From assembly GCA_964621195.1 (NCBI GenBank), contig CAZULJ010000002.1:19665-83664 (forward strand): a stretch of DNA of 64,000 bases, given 5' to 3'. Below the pieces are notes generated by a model. It searched no databases. It had not been told where the DNA came from and was given only the letters and a program-made list of their open reading frames with translations. This DNA is from an uncultured Candidatus Saccharibacteria bacterium. GTDB taxonomy: Bacteria; Patescibacteriota; Dojkabacteria; SC72. Made by a program: the position numbers and the translations under genes. Shown one piece after another: positions 1-10,169 of the stretch (position 1 is the first letter of the stretch; each line of letters begins with the position of its first letter).

Positions 1-600
1 TCCAACTTCTAGGATCCTTACCGTAGGTTCCCTCTCTATGCTCTCTGCTAATATCTTTGTATCAATCAAAACACCATCTTCATAGTAACTGAGCACCTTC
101 TGCTTCTTAATACCCAATACTCCCTCCTGAGAGGTATGCTCTTCCCCCTTTATATATTTATCTGTTTTAATAACCTTTGTTTCGAATGGGATATCTGAAA
201 GGATCTCCTCTATTACTGTTTCAGTTTTAATAACTCGAATAAGACTACCATTGACTATGTTGTTTGTACTGACAATAATTTTTTCTCCACCGTCTAAAGG
301 TATTTTGTATTCAGACAGTATCTTGTAAATATCTATCTCAGTTGTGAACACATCATATACGAACTCTCCCTTCTTTATCGTCAACAGCTTTGGTCTTCTT
401 GAACTTCTCTCCACCTCTGGGTTGGTATCATATACTAAAGCCAACAGGGTGGTATTCTTTCCCTCGGAGATATTGGAATTTGCGAATACCATATGGTTAG
501 ATCCATACAGCAATGCGATAGAAATAACTCCTACCGTAGTCAAAACCAATTTCGCTATATTAGATTTACTTGATCGTTTGTTCGCTTCTTTCATATACAT
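1..600 (-). CDS. G5-domain secreted/cell-wall protein, runs off the window start
   Basis: Not in the ORF track. The minus frame is open from ATG at 600 (preceded by AGGAG) to position 1: N-terminal hydrophobic stretch, then G5-like IPFETKVIKTDKYIKGEEHTSQEGVLGIKKQKVLSYYEDG...EPTVRILEVG. Confidence 0.75.
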   Translation of the reverse strand, partial: MYMKEANKRSSKSNIAKLVLTTVGVISIALLYGSNHMVFANSNISEGKNTTLLALVYDTNPEVERSSRRPKLLTIKKGEFVYDVFTTEIDIYKILSEYKIPLDGGEKIIVSTNNIVNGSLIRVIKTETVIEEILSDIPFETKVIKTDKYIKGEEHTSQEGVLGIKKQKVLSYYEDGVLIDTKILAESIEREPTVRILEVG

Positions 601-699
601 TGCTTCTCTCCTAGTGATGTTTCGCTAGGGTTTCAGAAAAGTATAGCATGATTGCCAAAACATGTGTAAAATGAGAAAGCATAGTTTAATGATATACAA

Positions 700-2130
700 A
701 TGAAAAACATATCTAAAATACTACTGTATATAGGAGTCATAGTTTTGAGTGGATTTTTACTCTCTGGTTGTACACCATCAGATGAACAACTTGCCCAATA
801 TGATCAGTTAGTCAAAGATGCAGATCTCCTAATTGAAGGTAGGGAGTACTCTTCCGCAATTGTAAAGCTTACCGAGGCAGCAGAGTTGGTTCCTTCAAAA
901 GCAGATGCATACCGTAGAATTGTTGATTTGTTGATACTAAAAAACAGATTAGATGATGCAAAGACTCTTGTAGATGAATCTGCGAGTAACCTCTCGGATA
1001 CTGATAGGGGAGACCTATATGTGGATATCGGGAAGGCATATTATGAACGGAGAGAATATGTTAAAGCATTAAATAGTTTCGAGCTTGCAAAGGCGGGTTT
1101 TTCTGATAATGAATCAATTACTCTTTCTACCTCGAAGGTATACCTTCAGCAAGGAGAACTTGAGAAAGCTAAGAATTTACTAAACAGAGATTGGGGAGAT
1201 GAATATCTCTTGGAGGGTAAGCTTCTCTACTCATATCTTCTTGGTGTTAGTGATACAGGAAAGGCACTAGAAGCTATTTCAGATATACAGCCATCAGACG
1301 AATGGAACGATGCTTACTCCGAATGGAAAGATGTTCTGAATTCACTGAATGAGGACATCCTCTACAATGCCGCAAAAATATCAAAAGTATACATAGAGGA
1401 GGGATATCCATATCTTGCTATACAAGTTCTTTCTCCTCTTGAGGAGCAAATGGATGAATATATTGATGGAAAGTATCTTTTAGGAAAGGCTTATTATGAG
1501 AATGGTAAATATCAAGAAAGCCTTGATACTCTGGTAGGTGTTACCTCCTTCAGTGACTTAAATACTCATCTTTATTGGATAATTGCTAGGGATTACTATC
1601 TCCTAAATGATATAAATCAGGCATTCTCATACTACGAAAGTGCTTTATCATATGCAGGAGACACTCCAGATATAAAGTTGTACCAAGAGTATTTAGATTT
1701 GCTTTTTGAAAACAACCAAACAACAAAAGCAGAGGAAGTATTAAGTAAGGCATCGAAAGAATTTATTGAACCATGGATAGATCTGTACTACATACAGCTG
1801 TCATATCTTATAAAAGAGGATGAAAAGATCGCCTACTATATAGATAGGATTGAATACGAGGAGTTGGAGGGAGATTACAGGAAAGAGTATCTATACTGGA
1901 GCTCTAAAATCTCTATGGAGAATGGTGAGTTAGAGGATGCCAAAAGATCCCTGGATCTTTATTGGGAAATTGATAAATATGACCCAATGTACAATCTCCT
2001 TATGGCTCAACTGAGATTTCTAGAGGGTAATCTTGAAGAATCTAGAACATTTGCTAAAAAGTCTATAGAGTATGATACGCAGAGAGTGGTAACAGATGAA
2101 GCTCAAAAGCTATTGGCGAGGATTGATTAG
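700..2130 (+). CDS. Tetratricopeptide-repeat lipoprotein
   Basis: Lipobox LLSGC, followed by repeated TPR-like helices (LGKAYYENGKYQES, IGKAYYERREYVKAL). Confidence 0.8.
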   Translation: MKNISKILLYIGVIVLSGFLLSGCTPSDEQLAQYDQLVKDADLLIEGREYSSAIVKLTEAAELVPSKADAYRRIVDLLILKNRLDDAKTLVDESASNLSDTDRGDLYVDIGKAYYERREYVKALNSFELAKAGFSDNESITLSTSKVYLQQGELEKAKNLLNRDWGDEYLLEGKLLYSYLLGVSDTGKALEAISDIQPSDEWNDAYSEWKDVLNSLNEDILYNAAKISKVYIEEGYPYLAIQVLSPLEEQMDEYIDGKYLLGKAYYENGKYQESLDTLVGVTSFSDLNTHLYWIIARDYYLLNDINQAFSYYESALSYAGDTPDIKLYQEYLDLLFENNQTTKAEEVLSKASKEFIEPWIDLYYIQLSYLIKEDEKIAYYIDRIEYEELEGDYRKEYLYWSSKISMENGELEDAKRSLDLYWEIDKYDPMYNLLMAQLRFLEGNLEESRTFAKKSIEYDTQRVVTDEAQKLLARID

Positions 2131-2132
2131 TT

Positions 2133-2141
2133 TGTTATAAT
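2133..2141 (+). promoter_or_regulatory. Extended -10 promoter upstream of fusA
   Basis: TGTTATAAT matches the TGnTATAAT consensus, in the intergenic gap. Confidence 0.5.
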
Positions 2142-2220
2142 CCCCATTGCGTATGTAACCCTAATATCCCATTAGGCCTTAAATTTTATTATTAACTATA
2201 TGCAAACCTATGATGTTAAA

Positions 2221-4296
2221 ATGGCTTTGGAACAGATCAGAAATATTGGAATAATTGCACACATTGATGCTGGAAAAACAACAACAACTGAAAGACTTCT
2301 TTACTTTACTGGTCAAATTCATAAGATAGGTGAGGTTCATGATGGAGCTGCAACAACAGACTTCATGGAACAAGAGAGAGAAAGAGGTATTACAATCCAA
2401 TCTGCAGCTGTAACATGTTTCTGGGATATGGATGGTAAGAGGTATAGAATCAACATTATTGATACTCCAGGACATGTAGATTTCACTGCAGAAGTAGAAA
2501 GATCACTACGTGTATTGGACGGAGCAGTAGTTATCTTTGACGGAAGAAAAGGTGTAGAGCCACAGTCTGAAACTGTATGGAGACAAGCTAGCAAGTATAA
2601 GGTTCCAAGAATTTGTTTTATGAACAAGATCAACCTTATCGGTGGAGACTTTGAAAAGAGTTTCGGAACTATCAAATCAAGATTAAGCAACAAGGCTGTA
2701 GCAGTAACATTACCAATTGGTAGAGAGAGTGAATTACATGGACATGTAGATCTTGTAGAAATGAAAGCATATACATATACATCTGTAGACTCAGAGGAAC
2801 TAACAGAGATTGAAATTCCAGAAGAGCTAAAAGCAAAGGCAGATCAATACAGAGCTATATTAGTAGAAACTCTAGTAGAATTGGATGATGCTTTAATGGA
2901 GAAATATTTCGAAGGAAGGGAAATTACAACAGAGGAGCTTAAGGCTGCACTTAGAAAGGGTACATTGGAAAGCAAGATCTTCCCAGTTCTTGGTGGAGAC
3001 TCTAGATCACCAATGGCAAAAATTCTCCTAAACTATATAACCCTTTGTCTTCCATCACCTTTAGATGTACCTCCTGTACAAGGAGACCACCCAAAGACTG
3101 GAGAAGAAATCGAAAGAAAGCCTGATGAGGCAGAACCATTTGCAGGATTAGTTTTCAAGATTGTAAATGATCCTCATATTGGTAACCTTTCTTACTTCAG
3201 AGTTTACTCTGGTACTATCAAGTCTGGTACATATGTTCTAAATACTACAAAAGGTATTAGAGAAAGAGTAGGAAGATTGGTACTTATGCACGCTGATGAA
3301 AGGGAAGAAGTAGATGCTTTAAGGGCAGGTGATATTGGTGCAATAGTTGGATTAAGGGAATCTGTAACAGGTGATACCATTTGTGAAGAGGGTCATCCTA
3401 TAATTTTGGAACAGATCACATTTGCAGAACCAGTTGTATCTCAGGCAATAGAGCCTGCAACAAAATCCGATGAAGAAAAGATGGCAGAAGTATTAGCAAG
3501 ACTTGTAAAAGAAGATCCTACATTTAAAGTAGAAACTAATCACGAAACGGGTCAAACTATTATCTCCGGAATGGGTGAGCTACACCTTGAAATTATGGTA
3601 GACAGAATGAAGAGAGAATTCGGTGTTGTTGCAAATGTTGGAAAGCCTCAGGTTGCATATAGAGAAACTGTTAAGGGTGTATGTGAGCAAGCAGAAGGAA
3701 GATATGTTAAACAGTCTGGTGGTAAGGGTCAGTATGGACACTGTTGGTTAAAGATTGAGCCGAATGAACAAGGAAAAGGTTTTGAATTTATTGATGCAAT
3801 CAAAGGTGGAGCTATTCCTAGAGAGTATATTCCTGCAGTACAAAAGGGTGTTGAAGACGCATTGAAGGCTGGAGTTGTTGCTGGTTACCCAGTTGTAGAC
3901 ATTAGGGTTACACTTTTTGATGGTTCATATCACGAGGTAGACTCCTCTGAGGCAGCATTTAAAGTCGCAGCATCTATGGCATTCAAAGAAGGCTGTAAGA
4001 GAGCCAATCCAGTATTACTTGAACCAGTAATGGATGTTGCAGTTGAAGTTCCTCAGGAATATATGGGTGATATAACTGGTTCCTTAAGTAGTAAGAGAGG
4101 CCAAATCCAAGGATCAGAAGATATCGGTAACGGTATTACTGTTATAAATGCATTAGTTCCTCTTTCTGAGCTTTTTGGTTATACAAGCGAGTTGAGATCT
4201 TTAACTAGTGGTAGAGGAAGTGCAAATATAGAGCCATCCCATTATGCAGAGGTACCAAGAAATATAGCTGAAGAGATTGGGGGTGGTAAAGCGTAA
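2221..4296 (+). CDS. fusA: Elongation factor G
   Basis: AHIDAGKTT, RGITI, DTPGH, GMGELHLE; start MALEQIRNIG at 2221 (the ORF track starts at 2200). Confidence 0.97.
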   Translation: MALEQIRNIGIIAHIDAGKTTTTERLLYFTGQIHKIGEVHDGAATTDFMEQERERGITIQSAAVTCFWDMDGKRYRINIIDTPGHVDFTAEVERSLRVLDGAVVIFDGRKGVEPQSETVWRQASKYKVPRICFMNKINLIGGDFEKSFGTIKSRLSNKAVAVTLPIGRESELHGHVDLVEMKAYTYTSVDSEELTEIEIPEELKAKADQYRAILVETLVELDDALMEKYFEGREITTEELKAALRKGTLESKIFPVLGGDSRSPMAKILLNYITLCLPSPLDVPPVQGDHPKTGEEIERKPDEAEPFAGLVFKIVNDPHIGNLSYFRVYSGTIKSGTYVLNTTKGIRERVGRLVLMHADEREEVDALRAGDIGAIVGLRESVTGDTICEEGHPIILEQITFAEPVVSQAIEPATKSDEEKMAEVLARLVKEDPTFKVETNHETGQTIISGMGELHLEIMVDRMKREFGVVANVGKPQVAYRETVKGVCEQAEGRYVKQSGGKGQYGHCWLKIEPNEQGKGFEFIDAIKGGAIPREYIPAVQKGVEDALKAGVVAGYPVVDIRVTLFDGSYHEVDSSEAAFKVAASMAFKEGCKRANPVLLEPVMDVAVEVPQEYMGDITGSLSSKRGQIQGSEDIGNGITVINALVPLSELFGYTSELRSLTSGRGSANIEPSHYAEVPRNIAEEIGGGKA

Positions 4297-4451
4297 GGAA
4301 TTTATCTAAAGATGTACGAAATGTTAATTAAATACTTGCATATCTCACATCTTTTTGATAATATTCAACGCAGGTTTGCTTATTAAAAATAAGTAAACGT
4401 TTATTACGGTATTAAACAATATATTTTATATAAATTATTTATTTTATATTC

Positions 4452-5618
4452 ATGGCAGAGTTCACAAGATCAAAGCCTCACATGAATATCGGAACCTTAG
4501 GTCACATTGACCACGGTAAGACGACATTGGTTCGTGGTATTCTAAACGCATTTTCAACAGAAAGTGCAAAAATGATTGATAAGTTAGACAAGGATCCAGA
4601 TTCAAGAGCTAAATCTATTACTATTTCTGTAGCTCACGTAGAATTTGAGACTGAAAGCAGGCACTATGCATTAGTAGATTGCCCAGGTCACAAAGACTAT
4701 ATCAAGAATATGATCACTGGTGCTGCTCAAATGGACGGCGCAATATTAGTAGTATCTTCTGATGATGGTGCAATGCCTCAAACAAAAGAGCACTTACTTC
4801 TTGCAAAGCAAGTTGGTGTTCCTAAGATTGTAGTATTCATCAACAAGTTTGGAGATGCTGATGATGAAATCTTAGAGCTTATCAAAGCAGACATCCAAGA
4901 TCTTTTGGGGAAATATGGATATGATTCAAATGCTCCAATCGTTGTTGGAAATGCACTTAAGGCTCAAAATGGTGATGAGGAAGGTCTTGCATCCGCAAGA
5001 GAACTACTCAAAGCTGTAGATGAGTATATCGAGTTACCAGAAAGAGATGTTGAGAAGCCATTCTTAATGCCTATCGAAGATGTATTCTCTATTGAAGGTA
5101 GAGGTACAGTTGTAACAGGTAGAGTTGAGAGAGGTGTAATAAATCTTGGTGAGGAGGTTGATGTATTAGGAATGGGAAGAAAGCCACAGAAGACTGCTGT
5201 AACAGGAATTGAAATGTTCAACAAATCAATGAAAGAGTGTCAAGCAGGTGATAATGTAGGTATTTTACTAAGAGGATTCAAGAGAACTGATGTAGAAAGA
5301 GGTCAAACTCTTTCCAAGCCAGGTAGTGCTGAAGCTCATACAGAGTTTAAAGCAGAGGTATATATCTTAAGCAAAGAAGAGGGTGGAAGGCACACTCCAT
5401 TTGTAAGTGGATATAAGCCACAGTTCTATATCAGAACTGCAGATGTAACTGGTGAGGTTGTTCTTCCTGAGGGCGTAGAAATGGTTGCTCCCGGAGATAA
5501 CACACAGTTGAATGTTACATTGCTAGCTCCAGTAGTATTGGAGAAAGGTCAAGGTTTTGCAATCCGCGAGGGTGGCCAGACTGTAGGTAAGGGAATTGTT
5601 ACCGAAATTATTAAGTAA
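4452..5618 (+). CDS. tuf: Elongation factor Tu (divergent)
   Basis: [45 protein letters not shown]. Confidence 0.96.
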   Translation: MAEFTRSKPHMNIGTLGHIDHGKTTLVRGILNAFSTESAKMIDKLDKDPDSRAKSITISVAHVEFETESRHYALVDCPGHKDYIKNMITGAAQMDGAILVVSSDDGAMPQTKEHLLLAKQVGVPKIVVFINKFGDADDEILELIKADIQDLLGKYGYDSNAPIVVGNALKAQNGDEEGLASARELLKAVDEYIELPERDVEKPFLMPIEDVFSIEGRGTVVTGRVERGVINLGEEVDVLGMGRKPQKTAVTGIEMFNKSMKECQAGDNVGILLRGFKRTDVERGQTLSKPGSAEAHTEFKAEVYILSKEEGGRHTPFVSGYKPQFYIRTADVTGEVVLPEGVEMVAPGDNTQLNVTLLAPVVLEKGQGFAIREGGQTVGKGIVTEIIK

Positions 5619-5630
5619 GAATTGGGTTGG

Positions 5631-5653
5631 GGGAGTGGGTAAAACCCACTCCC
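5631..5653 (+). terminator. Strong hairpin after tuf
   Basis: GGGAGTGGGT-AAA-ACCCACTCCC is a perfect 10-bp stem; the U-tract is weak. Confidence 0.55.
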
Positions 5654-5687
5654 TTATCTTAAGTTTAATTTAGCTCTTTAAGATAGA

Positions 5688-5999
5688 ATGAGTGATGCAA
5701 CAGCAAAAATTCGAGTAAAGTTAAGAGGATATGATGCAGTTGTTTTAGATAAATCTGCTAAAAGTATAATAGAGTCTGCAATTAGTACAGGTGCAAAGGT
5801 TGCAGGCCCAATACCTCTACCAACAAGGAAGAGGAAGATCGCAGTTAATAGGTCAACATTCATCTATAAGAGTTCAATTGAACATTTTGAGATAGGAACT
5901 CACAAAAGAGTTATAGACATTATCGATCCAACACCAAAGACAATAGATGCACTACAGCACTTACAAATGCCTGCAGGTGTAGAGATCGAAATCCAATAA
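5688..5999 (+). CDS. rpsJ: 30S ribosomal protein S10
   Basis: IRVKLRGYD, GPIPLPT, THKRVIDI. Confidence 0.97.
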   Translation: MSDATAKIRVKLRGYDAVVLDKSAKSIIESAISTGAKVAGPIPLPTRKRKIAVNRSTFIYKSSIEHFEIGTHKRVIDIIDPTPKTIDALQHLQMPAGVEIEIQ

Positions 6000-6019
6000 T
6001 AAATATATATTTAAAAGAA

Positions 6020-6604
6020 ATGAAGGCTATATTAGGAATAAAAAAAGGAATGACAAGGATATTCGATGGAGAGAAATCCATTCCTGTAACCATTGTAGAT
6101 GTTAATGGTTGCAAGGTTTCCAAAATCGAAGGAGAGAAGGTAGAGCTTGGCTTAGGAAAGAAGAAGAATGCAACAAAGGCATTAGAAGGACAGTACAAGA
6201 AATTGGGCTTTGTTCCTATGTATAGAAAGGTATTTGAAGGTGTTACATTGGAGAATTTGGAAGTAGGCAAAGATATCGAATCTGTAAGTTTTGTGAAAGG
6301 TGACGTTGTAAATATAAGTGGAGTATCAAAGGGTAAAGGGTTTGCTGGTGTTGTAAAAAGATGGGGTTTTAAAGGTGGTCCTAGAACTCACGGACAATCA
6401 GACAGATTGAGGGCTCCCGGCTCTATTGGTGCAGGTGCAGATCCAGGTAGGGTATTTAAGGGTACAAGAATGGGTGGAAGAATGGGAAGTGAGAATATTA
6501 CAGTTAAGAACAAGAGAATCGTAGATGTTAAGGAGACATATCTTTTAGTAAGTGGACCAATCCCTGGTTCTAATGGAGATTTAGTCGCAATATTTAGTGA
6601 ATAA
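6020..6604 (+). CDS. rplC: 50S ribosomal protein L3
   Basis: GIKKGMT, SKGKGFAGVVKRWGF, RAPGSIG. Confidence 0.97.
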   Translation: MKAILGIKKGMTRIFDGEKSIPVTIVDVNGCKVSKIEGEKVELGLGKKKNATKALEGQYKKLGFVPMYRKVFEGVTLENLEVGKDIESVSFVKGDVVNISGVSKGKGFAGVVKRWGFKGGPRTHGQSDRLRAPGSIGAGADPGRVFKGTRMGGRMGSENITVKNKRIVDVKETYLLVSGPIPGSNGDLVAIFSE

Positions 6605-6609
6605 TTGAG

Positions 6610-7215
6610 ATGGCAAATACAAAGACAAAAACAACAGTAAAAGAAGTATCATTAAATCCAAAGGTATGGGAAGTTCCATACAGTGCAGATTTAATAGCAC
6701 AGGTTCTTTATGTGTTTTTTAACAACGAAAGAAAAGGAACTTCTGCAGTCAAAGGTAGGGGAGATGTAAGTGGTGGTGGTAAGAAACCTTGGAAGCAAAA
6801 GGGAACTGGAAGAGCAAGAGCTGGATCTATCAGATCTCCACTTTGGGTCGGTGGTGGTGTTACATTCGGACCAATTAATAGAAATTGGAAGAGAAGTATA
6901 AATAAGAAGATGGTAAAGAAAGCCACAAGCATGATTCTTTCCAAGAGGTTAGCAGATAACAATCTTACATTTGTAGATATTGATACAGATAAGGAGTTAA
7001 AAGATCTTAGAAATACACTTTCTAAGGGAATTGATAGCAAGACATTAATTATTGCTGGTAATGAGAATATCTCATTAGCTCTTAGAAATATCCCATCTAT
7101 AAATGTAATAGATCCAATGAAAGTTAATGTAAAGAATATTGTAAATGCAAAGAAAGTATTAGTTGATAACGAATCAGTTAAGATTTTGGAAGACAGATTA
7201 ACAAATGGAAAGTAA
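6610..7215 (+). CDS. rplD: 50S ribosomal protein L4
   Basis: KPWKQKGTGRARAGSIRSPLWVGGG. Confidence 0.97.
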   Translation: MANTKTKTTVKEVSLNPKVWEVPYSADLIAQVLYVFFNNERKGTSAVKGRGDVSGGGKKPWKQKGTGRARAGSIRSPLWVGGGVTFGPINRNWKRSINKKMVKKATSMILSKRLADNNLTFVDIDTDKELKDLRNTLSKGIDSKTLIIAGNENISLALRNIPSINVIDPMKVNVKNIVNAKKVLVDNESVKILEDRLTNGK

Positions 7216-7498
7216 AAATATAGTTATAAAACCAGTTGTATCTGAGAAAAGCTATACACTTGCTAATGCTAGTAATAAATATACCTTCTTGGTGGAAAAT
7301 ACTGTTAACAAGATTGAAATAAAAAAGGAAGTCGAGAGTAAGTACAAAGTTACCGTTGAGGGTGTAAACATAGTTATTAGACCTGGGAAGATGAAAAGAG
7401 ATTGGAAGAGTAACAAAAAGAGTAGAAAGAGTGATGTTAGAAAAGCTATCGTAACCTTGAAAAAGGGAGATAAAATTGATGAATTCTTAAATATTTAA
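7205..7498 (+). CDS. rplW: 50S ribosomal protein L23
   Basis: PVVSEKS, NKIEIK, KAIVTL; operon position. Confidence 0.95.
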   Translation: MESKNIVIKPVVSEKSYTLANASNKYTFLVENTVNKIEIKKEVESKYKVTVEGVNIVIRPGKMKRDWKSNKKSRKSDVRKAIVTLKKGDKIDEFLNI

Positions 7499-7500
7499 TA

Positions 7501-8349
7501 ATGGCAGTAAGATCATTTAAAGCAACAACTTCTACACGTAGAGGAACAAAGTTAGAGGATAGGTCATATCTTGAGAAAGACTCAGGACCTAGAAGTTTGA
7601 CTCTACCTAAGAGAAAGATCACTGGTAGAAATAACCAGGGTAAAGTAACTATTAGGCACAGAGGTGGTGGAGCAAAGAGAAGAATGAGAATTATAGACTT
7701 TAAGAGAGATAAGTTTGATATTGAAGCAAAGGTTTTAGGTTTGTATTTTGATCCTAATAGGACTGCACATTTAGCACTTTTACAGTATGTAGATGGAGAG
7801 AGAAGATATATAATTGCACCTAAGGATATTAAAGCTGGTGACACAGTTATCTCTGGTGAGAAAGTAGATGTATTGCCTGGTAATGCTATGAGGATAAAGA
7901 ATATTCCATCAGGAACAATTGTACACTGTGTCGAAAGTAGGGTTGGAATGGGGGCATCATTTGGTAGATCTGCTGGTCAAGAGATTGTTGTACAGGGTAT
8001 AGATCCTACAGGTAAATATTCTCAGATAAAGCTTTCTTCGGGAGAGATAAGATTAGTACCTGCAGATGCTATGGCAACTGTAGGACAGGTTGGTAACGAA
8101 GATAAGTTAAATGTGAAGCTAGGAAAGGCTGGTAGAAAGAGAAACTTAGGTTGGAGACCAGTAGTTAGAGGTATGGCTATGCACGCAGTAGAGCATCCAC
8201 ACGGTGGTGGTGAAGGTAAGGGATCTATTGGTGAAGCAAAAGATATTTGGGGAAATAGAATTGGTACAAGAACTAGAAAGAATAAGAGAACCGAAAGATA
8301 TATAATTAAGAGAAGAAGGTCTAAAACAAGGCCTTTTGCAAAGAAATAA
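7501..8349 (+). CDS. rplB: 50S ribosomal protein L2
   Basis: GRNNQGKVTIRHRGGG, DPNRTA, EHPHGGGEG. Confidence 0.97.
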   Translation: MAVRSFKATTSTRRGTKLEDRSYLEKDSGPRSLTLPKRKITGRNNQGKVTIRHRGGGAKRRMRIIDFKRDKFDIEAKVLGLYFDPNRTAHLALLQYVDGERRYIIAPKDIKAGDTVISGEKVDVLPGNAMRIKNIPSGTIVHCVESRVGMGASFGRSAGQEIVVQGIDPTGKYSQIKLSSGEIRLVPADAMATVGQVGNEDKLNVKLGKAGRKRNLGWRPVVRGMAMHAVEHPHGGGEGKGSIGEAKDIWGNRIGTRTRKNKRTERYIIKRRRSKTRPFAKK

Positions 8350-8366
8350 TTTATTGATTAATTGGT

Positions 8367-8672
8367 ATGTCAAGATCGCTTAAGAAGGGACCATTTGTAG
8401 ACAAAAATGTAAAGAAGAAAGTAGATAAAGCTTTGGAAAGTGGAAATAGAAAGCCTATTAAAACATGGGCAAGAGCATCTACAATTACACCTGAGATGGT
8501 AGGATTAACATTCGCTATATATAACGGTAAGAAGCACGAGGAGGTTTTAATAGAAGAATCAATGATAGGTCACAGGTTAGGAGAATTTTCTCAAACTAGA
8601 AAATTCAAAGGTCACGCTAAGAAGGGTAAATTAGCAAAGGTATATGGAAGTAGCGGTAGATTTGAAGAATAA
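8367..8672 (+). CDS. rpsS: 30S ribosomal protein S19
   Basis: [20 protein letters not shown]. Confidence 0.97.
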   Translation: MSRSLKKGPFVDKNVKKKVDKALESGNRKPIKTWARASTITPEMVGLTFAIYNGKKHEEVLIEESMIGHRLGEFSQTRKFKGHAKKGKLAKVYGSSGRFEE

Positions 8673-8689
8673 AATAATAGAAATATTTA

Positions 8690-9031
8690 ATGGAAGTTAA
8701 AAGTACAAAAGTAAAAGTAAAGAATATAGCACAGTCACCACAGAAACTTAGGTTAGTGGCAGATTTGATCAGAGGTAAGGAAGTTGAGAATGCATTGGAT
8801 ATTCTACAATTTACAAATAGGAAAGGTACAAAAGTTTTAAAGGATGCTCTTCTAAGTGGTATTGCAAATGCTAGAGAGCTATTTGGAGTTGATAAGTCTG
8901 AACTTAAGATCTCACATCTATCAGTAGATGGAGCACCTACTCTTAAGAGAGTTAGATTTGCTTCAAAGGGTAGAGTTTCTAGAATAAGTAAGAGAAGATC
9001 ACATATTAATTTAGAGTTAACAGTAAAATAA
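8690..9031 (+). CDS. rplV: 50S ribosomal protein L22
   Basis: SPQKLRLVADLIRGK, RSHI. Confidence 0.96.
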   Translation: MEVKSTKVKVKNIAQSPQKLRLVADLIRGKEVENALDILQFTNRKGTKVLKDALLSGIANARELFGVDKSELKISHLSVDGAPTLKRVRFASKGRVSRISKRRSHINLELTVK

Positions 9032-9675
9032 TGGGAAGAAAGGTTAACCCAAATGCAATTAGAATGGGTTTGAATAAAACTTGGAATTCGGTATGGTATG
9101 CAAGAAAAGCTAATTTTGCAACTATCTTCGCAGAAGATATGAGAATCAAAAAGATAGTATCCGAAAAGATGAAGGATGCAGGAATTGATAAAATCGGTAT
9201 TAATAGAACATTAAACAAAATAGAGATAGAGGTGTATGTTGCAAGACCTGGAGTCGCAATCGGTAGAGGTGGAGAGGGAATTGATATTTTACAAAAAGAT
9301 CTATCTAGAAAAGCACAGAAAGAGGTTGAATTAAAAATTCGTGAAGTTAAGAAATCAGATCTCTCAGCATCAATTATCGCCCACTCAATTGCAGAAGGAA
9401 TACAAAGAAGACAACCATCTAAGCTACTTGTTGCTAGTGCAAAAGAGAAAGCTATGATGGCAGGTGCAAAAGGTGTAAGAATTTGGGTATCAGGACGTAT
9501 TAACAACGCAAGTCAGGCAAGAACAGTTAAGGTTACTGCAGGATCTGTACCAGCTCAAACATTAAAAGCAGATATCGATTATGCAGAGGCAACAGCAAAA
9601 ACATTAGATGCAGGACTTATGGGTATAAAGGTATGGATATACAAGGGAGATAAAACAAATATTGAAGAAGAATAA
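9031..9675 (+). CDS. rpsC: 30S ribosomal protein S3
   Basis: MGRKVNPNAIR, ARPGVAIGRGG, GIKVWIYKG. Confidence 0.97.
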   Translation: MGRKVNPNAIRMGLNKTWNSVWYARKANFATIFAEDMRIKKIVSEKMKDAGIDKIGINRTLNKIEIEVYVARPGVAIGRGGEGIDILQKDLSRKAQKEVELKIREVKKSDLSASIIAHSIAEGIQRRQPSKLLVASAKEKAMMAGAKGVRIWVSGRINNASQARTVKVTAGSVPAQTLKADIDYAEATAKTLDAGLMGIKVWIYKGDKTNIEEE

Positions 9676-9697
9676 TATATATAGAATTTAAACTACT

Positions 9698-10111
9698 ATG
9701 TTACAGCCTAAGAAAAGAAAATACAGGAAAGATTTTAGAGGAAAGATGGGTGGCATTGCTACTGTTAACAGTACTATTGCTTTCGGTGAGCACGGTCTAA
9801 AGTCAATGCAATGTGGTTGGATAAAATCCAGAGAGATAGAGGCTGCAAGAAGAGCAATAGCAGGTCATATAAAGAGAAAAGGAAAAGTTTGGATTAAGAT
9901 ATTCCCACATAAGCCATACACACAGAAAGGTACAAATAGTAAGATGATCGCTGGAAAGGGAGAAGTAGAGGGATATGTCGCAGTTGTAAGACCAGGAACT
10001 ATGCTTTTTGAAATAAGTGGTGTAGATAGAGATACTGCAATGGAAGCAATGAGATTAGGAGCACAGAAACTATCTGTTCAAACTAAATTTGTATCTAAAA
10101 AAGAGAATTAG
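9698..10111 (+). CDS. rplP: 50S ribosomal protein L16
   Basis: MLQPKKRKYRK, IEAARRA, VWIKIFP. Confidence 0.97.
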   Translation: MLQPKKRKYRKDFRGKMGGIATVNSTIAFGEHGLKSMQCGWIKSREIEAARRAIAGHIKRKGKVWIKIFPHKPYTQKGTNSKMIAGKGEVEGYVAVVRPGTMLFEISGVDRDTAMEAMRLGAQKLSVQTKFVSKKEN

Positions 10112-10169
10112 GCTTGAGCTAAACCCATATTATTGGTAGAATACTAGCCGTTTTACATAGATAAAATAT

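Noticed and set aside
344-628. 94-aa plus-strand ORF
   Set aside because: Shadow of the minus-strand G5-domain gene (1-600), which has an RBS and recognisable motifs.
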